Shown here: one piece after another, positions 61,786-64,000 of the stretch
Position numbering within the stretch: the first letter of the stretch is position 1
Layout: every line of letters starts with the position of its first letter
From: an uncultured Alphaproteobacteria bacterium
GTDB taxonomy: Bacteria > Pseudomonadota > Alphaproteobacteria > HIMB59 > GCA-002718135
Length of the DNA stretch: 64,000 bases
NCBI GenBank assembly: GCA_902585605.1
Contig: CACIED010000004.1
Location: 1,637-65,636, forward strand
Reading direction: 5' to 3'
Position numbers and translations under genes: made by a program
Notes under the pieces: generated by a model
The model's input: the letters and a program-made list of their open reading frames with translations, nothing else
The model's database searches: none
Told to the model about the DNA's origin: nothing

Positions 61786-63011
61786 TGAATATCAAAGATA
61801 ATTATTTAAAAAATAGAAAAAATATTTTTTTTTCACTAAACAAAGACATTCAAAATCATAGAGAAAAATTGATAAACATTTTTGAAAACGATAGTTTTGA
61901 TAGAAAAAATAATGAAAGTCTAAAAAATATAAATCTAAAAAACTTTATTGATTTTAATTACAAATATCTTATCCCGGAAGAAACAACAGTAATAAATAAT
62001 AATCAGGAAAATAACTACTCAATAGTTTCTGTAAATGGTCAATGTTCGAGTTTCAAAGATGATAAAATTGAAATTACTAAAATTTCAGATGAAGATTATA
62101 ATGATTTTTCTGAAAATAATACAATTGAAAAAAATGATCATTTTGTAAATTTAAATTCATTATTTTTAAATAGTGGTTTTAAGATTATTATAAAAAAAAA
62201 TAATAACATTAAAATAAAAATTTCAAACATTGTAACAGATGATGATTTAACTATTTTCCAAAAAAATAATATTATTTGTGAAGAGGGATCCTCCTTAAAT
62301 TTAATTGAAGAATATGAAAATAAAAATAATGCTACATCAAATATATTAAATGTAATTAAATTAGAAAAAAATTCTCAGTTATATCATTATTTAATACAAG
62401 ACAATTCTCCCAATTTTAATTTAATAATTACAAGTCATTCTTCATGTAAAAAAAATTCTACTTACAATCAAAAAGTGTATAATTTTTCTGAAGGTTATGT
62501 AAGAAATTTTCATTATTCTGAGCTGATAGAAACCAACTCAGAAACTAATTTACAGGGAATATTTTTTCTAAAAAATAATAACACATCTAACAACAAAACT
62601 TTTGTTAAGCATTTAGCTGAGGATTGTAAAAGTAACCAAGTTTATAAAGGTATTTTGAACGATCGTTCTAAAGCAACATACTTTAGTAACACTCAGGTCG
62701 ATCAAGTTGCTCAAAAAACAGAGGGATATCAACTCAGCAAAGGGATACTTTTATCTGATAATGCATCGTATTTTTCTAAACCTGAATTAAAAATATATGC
62801 TGATGACGTAAAATGTAATCATGGCTCTACCATTGGACCAATAGACGAAAATGCTATTTTTTACCTTCGATCTAGAGGTATGAGCAAAATTGCGGCAACT
62901 AAAATATTGATATCATCATTTATTAATGAAGAATTAAGTAGTATTGATAATGAACAAATGTCCGAAATAATACAAAAGAAACTAGTAAGATATTTAAGTA
63001 AAGTGAAATGA
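61785..63011 (+). CDS. sufD: Fe-S cluster assembly protein SufD
   Basis: SKPELKIYADDVKCNHGST, FYLRSRG. Confidence 0.9.
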   Translation: MNIKDNYLKNRKNIFFSLNKDIQNHREKLINIFENDSFDRKNNESLKNINLKNFIDFNYKYLIPEETTVINNNQENNYSIVSVNGQCSSFKDDKIEITKISDEDYNDFSENNTIEKNDHFVNLNSLFLNSGFKIIIKKNNNIKIKISNIVTDDDLTIFQKNNIICEEGSSLNLIEEYENKNNATSNILNVIKLEKNSQLYHYLIQDNSPNFNLIITSHSSCKKNSTYNQKVYNFSEGYVRNFHYSELIETNSETNLQGIFFLKNNNTSNNKTFVKHLAEDCKSNQVYKGILNDRSKATYFSNTQVDQVAQKTEGYQLSKGILLSDNASYFSKPELKIYADDVKCNHGSTIGPIDENAIFYLRSRGMSKIAATKILISSFINEELSSIDNEQMSEIIQKKLVRYLSKVK

Positions 63012-64000
63012 ATATCTCAAATTTAAAATCTAAATTTCCTGTATTTAAAAAAAATCCTAATCTAGTTTTTTTAGACACTGCAGCTTCAGCATTAAAAGTT
63101 GATGAAATGATTGAAACCACCAATAACTGTTACACAAATGAATATGCAAATATTCATAGAGGTAATTATGAATTAAGTTCAAAGTTAACAAAAAAATTCG
63201 AAGATGCTCGAAAAAAAATTGCAGATTATTTAAATACATCTGAAAATAATATTATTTTTGTTAAAAGTGCTACAGAAGGTATTAATTTAGTTGCTTCTTG
63301 TATGTCCAAAAAATTGATTAAAGATGGTGATGAAATAATCTTAAGTTACCTTGAACATCATGCTAATTTGATCCCTTGGCATTTAATTGAAAAAAAGATA
63401 AAAATTATCCCCCTAGGACTAAACAAAAATAGTGAAATCTACTATGATGAATTAAATGATAAAATTAACTCTAAAACCAAATTAATTACATTAACTCACA
63501 TGTCAAATGTTACTGGATCAATAACTAATTTCGATAGAGTAAAAGAAATTGCAAAAAAAGAAAATATTCCACTACTATTGGATGGCTGTCAATTTGCTCC
63601 ACATAAAAAAGTTGATCTAAAAGATTTAGATCCTGATTTTTATGTTTTTTCTGCTCACAAAATGTATGGCCCTTCAGGTCTTGGTGTATTGTATATGAAA
63701 GATAAGTGGATAGATGAATTTACTCCTTACCAAGGAGGAGGGCAAATGATAAACGATGTAGATATCGACAAGAGTACATATGCAAATGGTTATGAAAAAT
63801 TTGAGGCAGGTACCCCTCCTATTGCTCCAGTTATTGCATTCTCTTCTTCATTAAATTTTATGAATGAAGTTGATCCAAATGTTATTTATGATCATGAAAT
63901 GCAACTTCATGATTATGCTTATGAAAAACTCTCAAAATTCAATAATTTAAAAATATATGGATCAAATAAAAACAAAGGTGCAATTATTTCTTTTAATATT
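63008..64000 (+). CDS. sufS: Cysteine desulfurase SufS (3'-truncated by the window end; not in the ORF track)
   Basis: Open frame from ATG 63008: FLDTAAS, ANIHRG, LEHHANLIPW, DGCQ, FSAHKMYGP, FEAGTP. Confidence 0.93.
   Translation, partial: MNISNLKSKFPVFKKNPNLVFLDTAASALKVDEMIETTNNCYTNEYANIHRGNYELSSKLTKKFEDARKKIADYLNTSENNIIFVKSATEGINLVASCMSKKLIKDGDEIILSYLEHHANLIPWHLIEKKIKIIPLGLNKNSEIYYDELNDKINSKTKLITLTHMSNVTGSITNFDRVKEIAKKENIPLLLDGCQFAPHKKVDLKDLDPDFYVFSAHKMYGPSGLGVLYMKDKWIDEFTPYQGGGQMINDVDIDKSTYANGYEKFEAGTPPIAPVIAFSSSLNFMNEVDPNVIYDHEMQLHDYAYEKLSKFNNLKIYGSNKNKGAIISFNI

Overview
A strongly AT-rich, very compact chromosome segment from a streamlined alphaproteobacterium. The SAR11/HIMB59-like assignment is inferred from gene content, gene order and the tmRNA type. 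About 95% is housekeeping: folA-thyA, mrp, hflKC-degP-miaA-ilvBNC-leuA-mreBCD-mrdA-rodA, a branched-chain amino-acid ABC transporter, gpsA, a deoC/aldehyde dehydrogenase/RbsD/ribokinase cluster, sbcB, uppP, sbmA/bacA, a LysR regulator, rpe, ispB, an S49 peptidase, glyQS, pyrC, aat, accBC, aroQ, dcd, rne, PBP1A, prfB, tyrS, mnmA and sufBCDS (sufS runs off the end). The only accessory region is the first 2 kb, beside a circularly permuted two-piece tmRNA gene. It holds the most interesting structure: a 790-bp, single-gene, integrase-free segment. This is bounded by a 13-bp direct repeat of the tmRNA gene's 3' end, with paired CTTCGTAG motifs about 50 bp inside each end, which looks like a minimal non-autonomous integrative cassette. 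Other notable items are an unannotated 27-aa Lys/Arg-rich ORF with its own promoter between an LsrB/VtlR-like LysR gene and sbmA/bacA-fxsA, an RF2 frameshift site reading GUU-UGA instead of CUU-UGA, a phage-like folA-thyA pair, a homodimeric glycyl-tRNA synthetase at the usual glyQ/glyS position, and an M48 protease split at an A12 run. The two frame breaks both lie in homopolymers and could be sequencing errors. No integrase, transposase, CRISPR array, rRNA or tRNA was found. All assignments come from motif recognition by eye; no searches were run.
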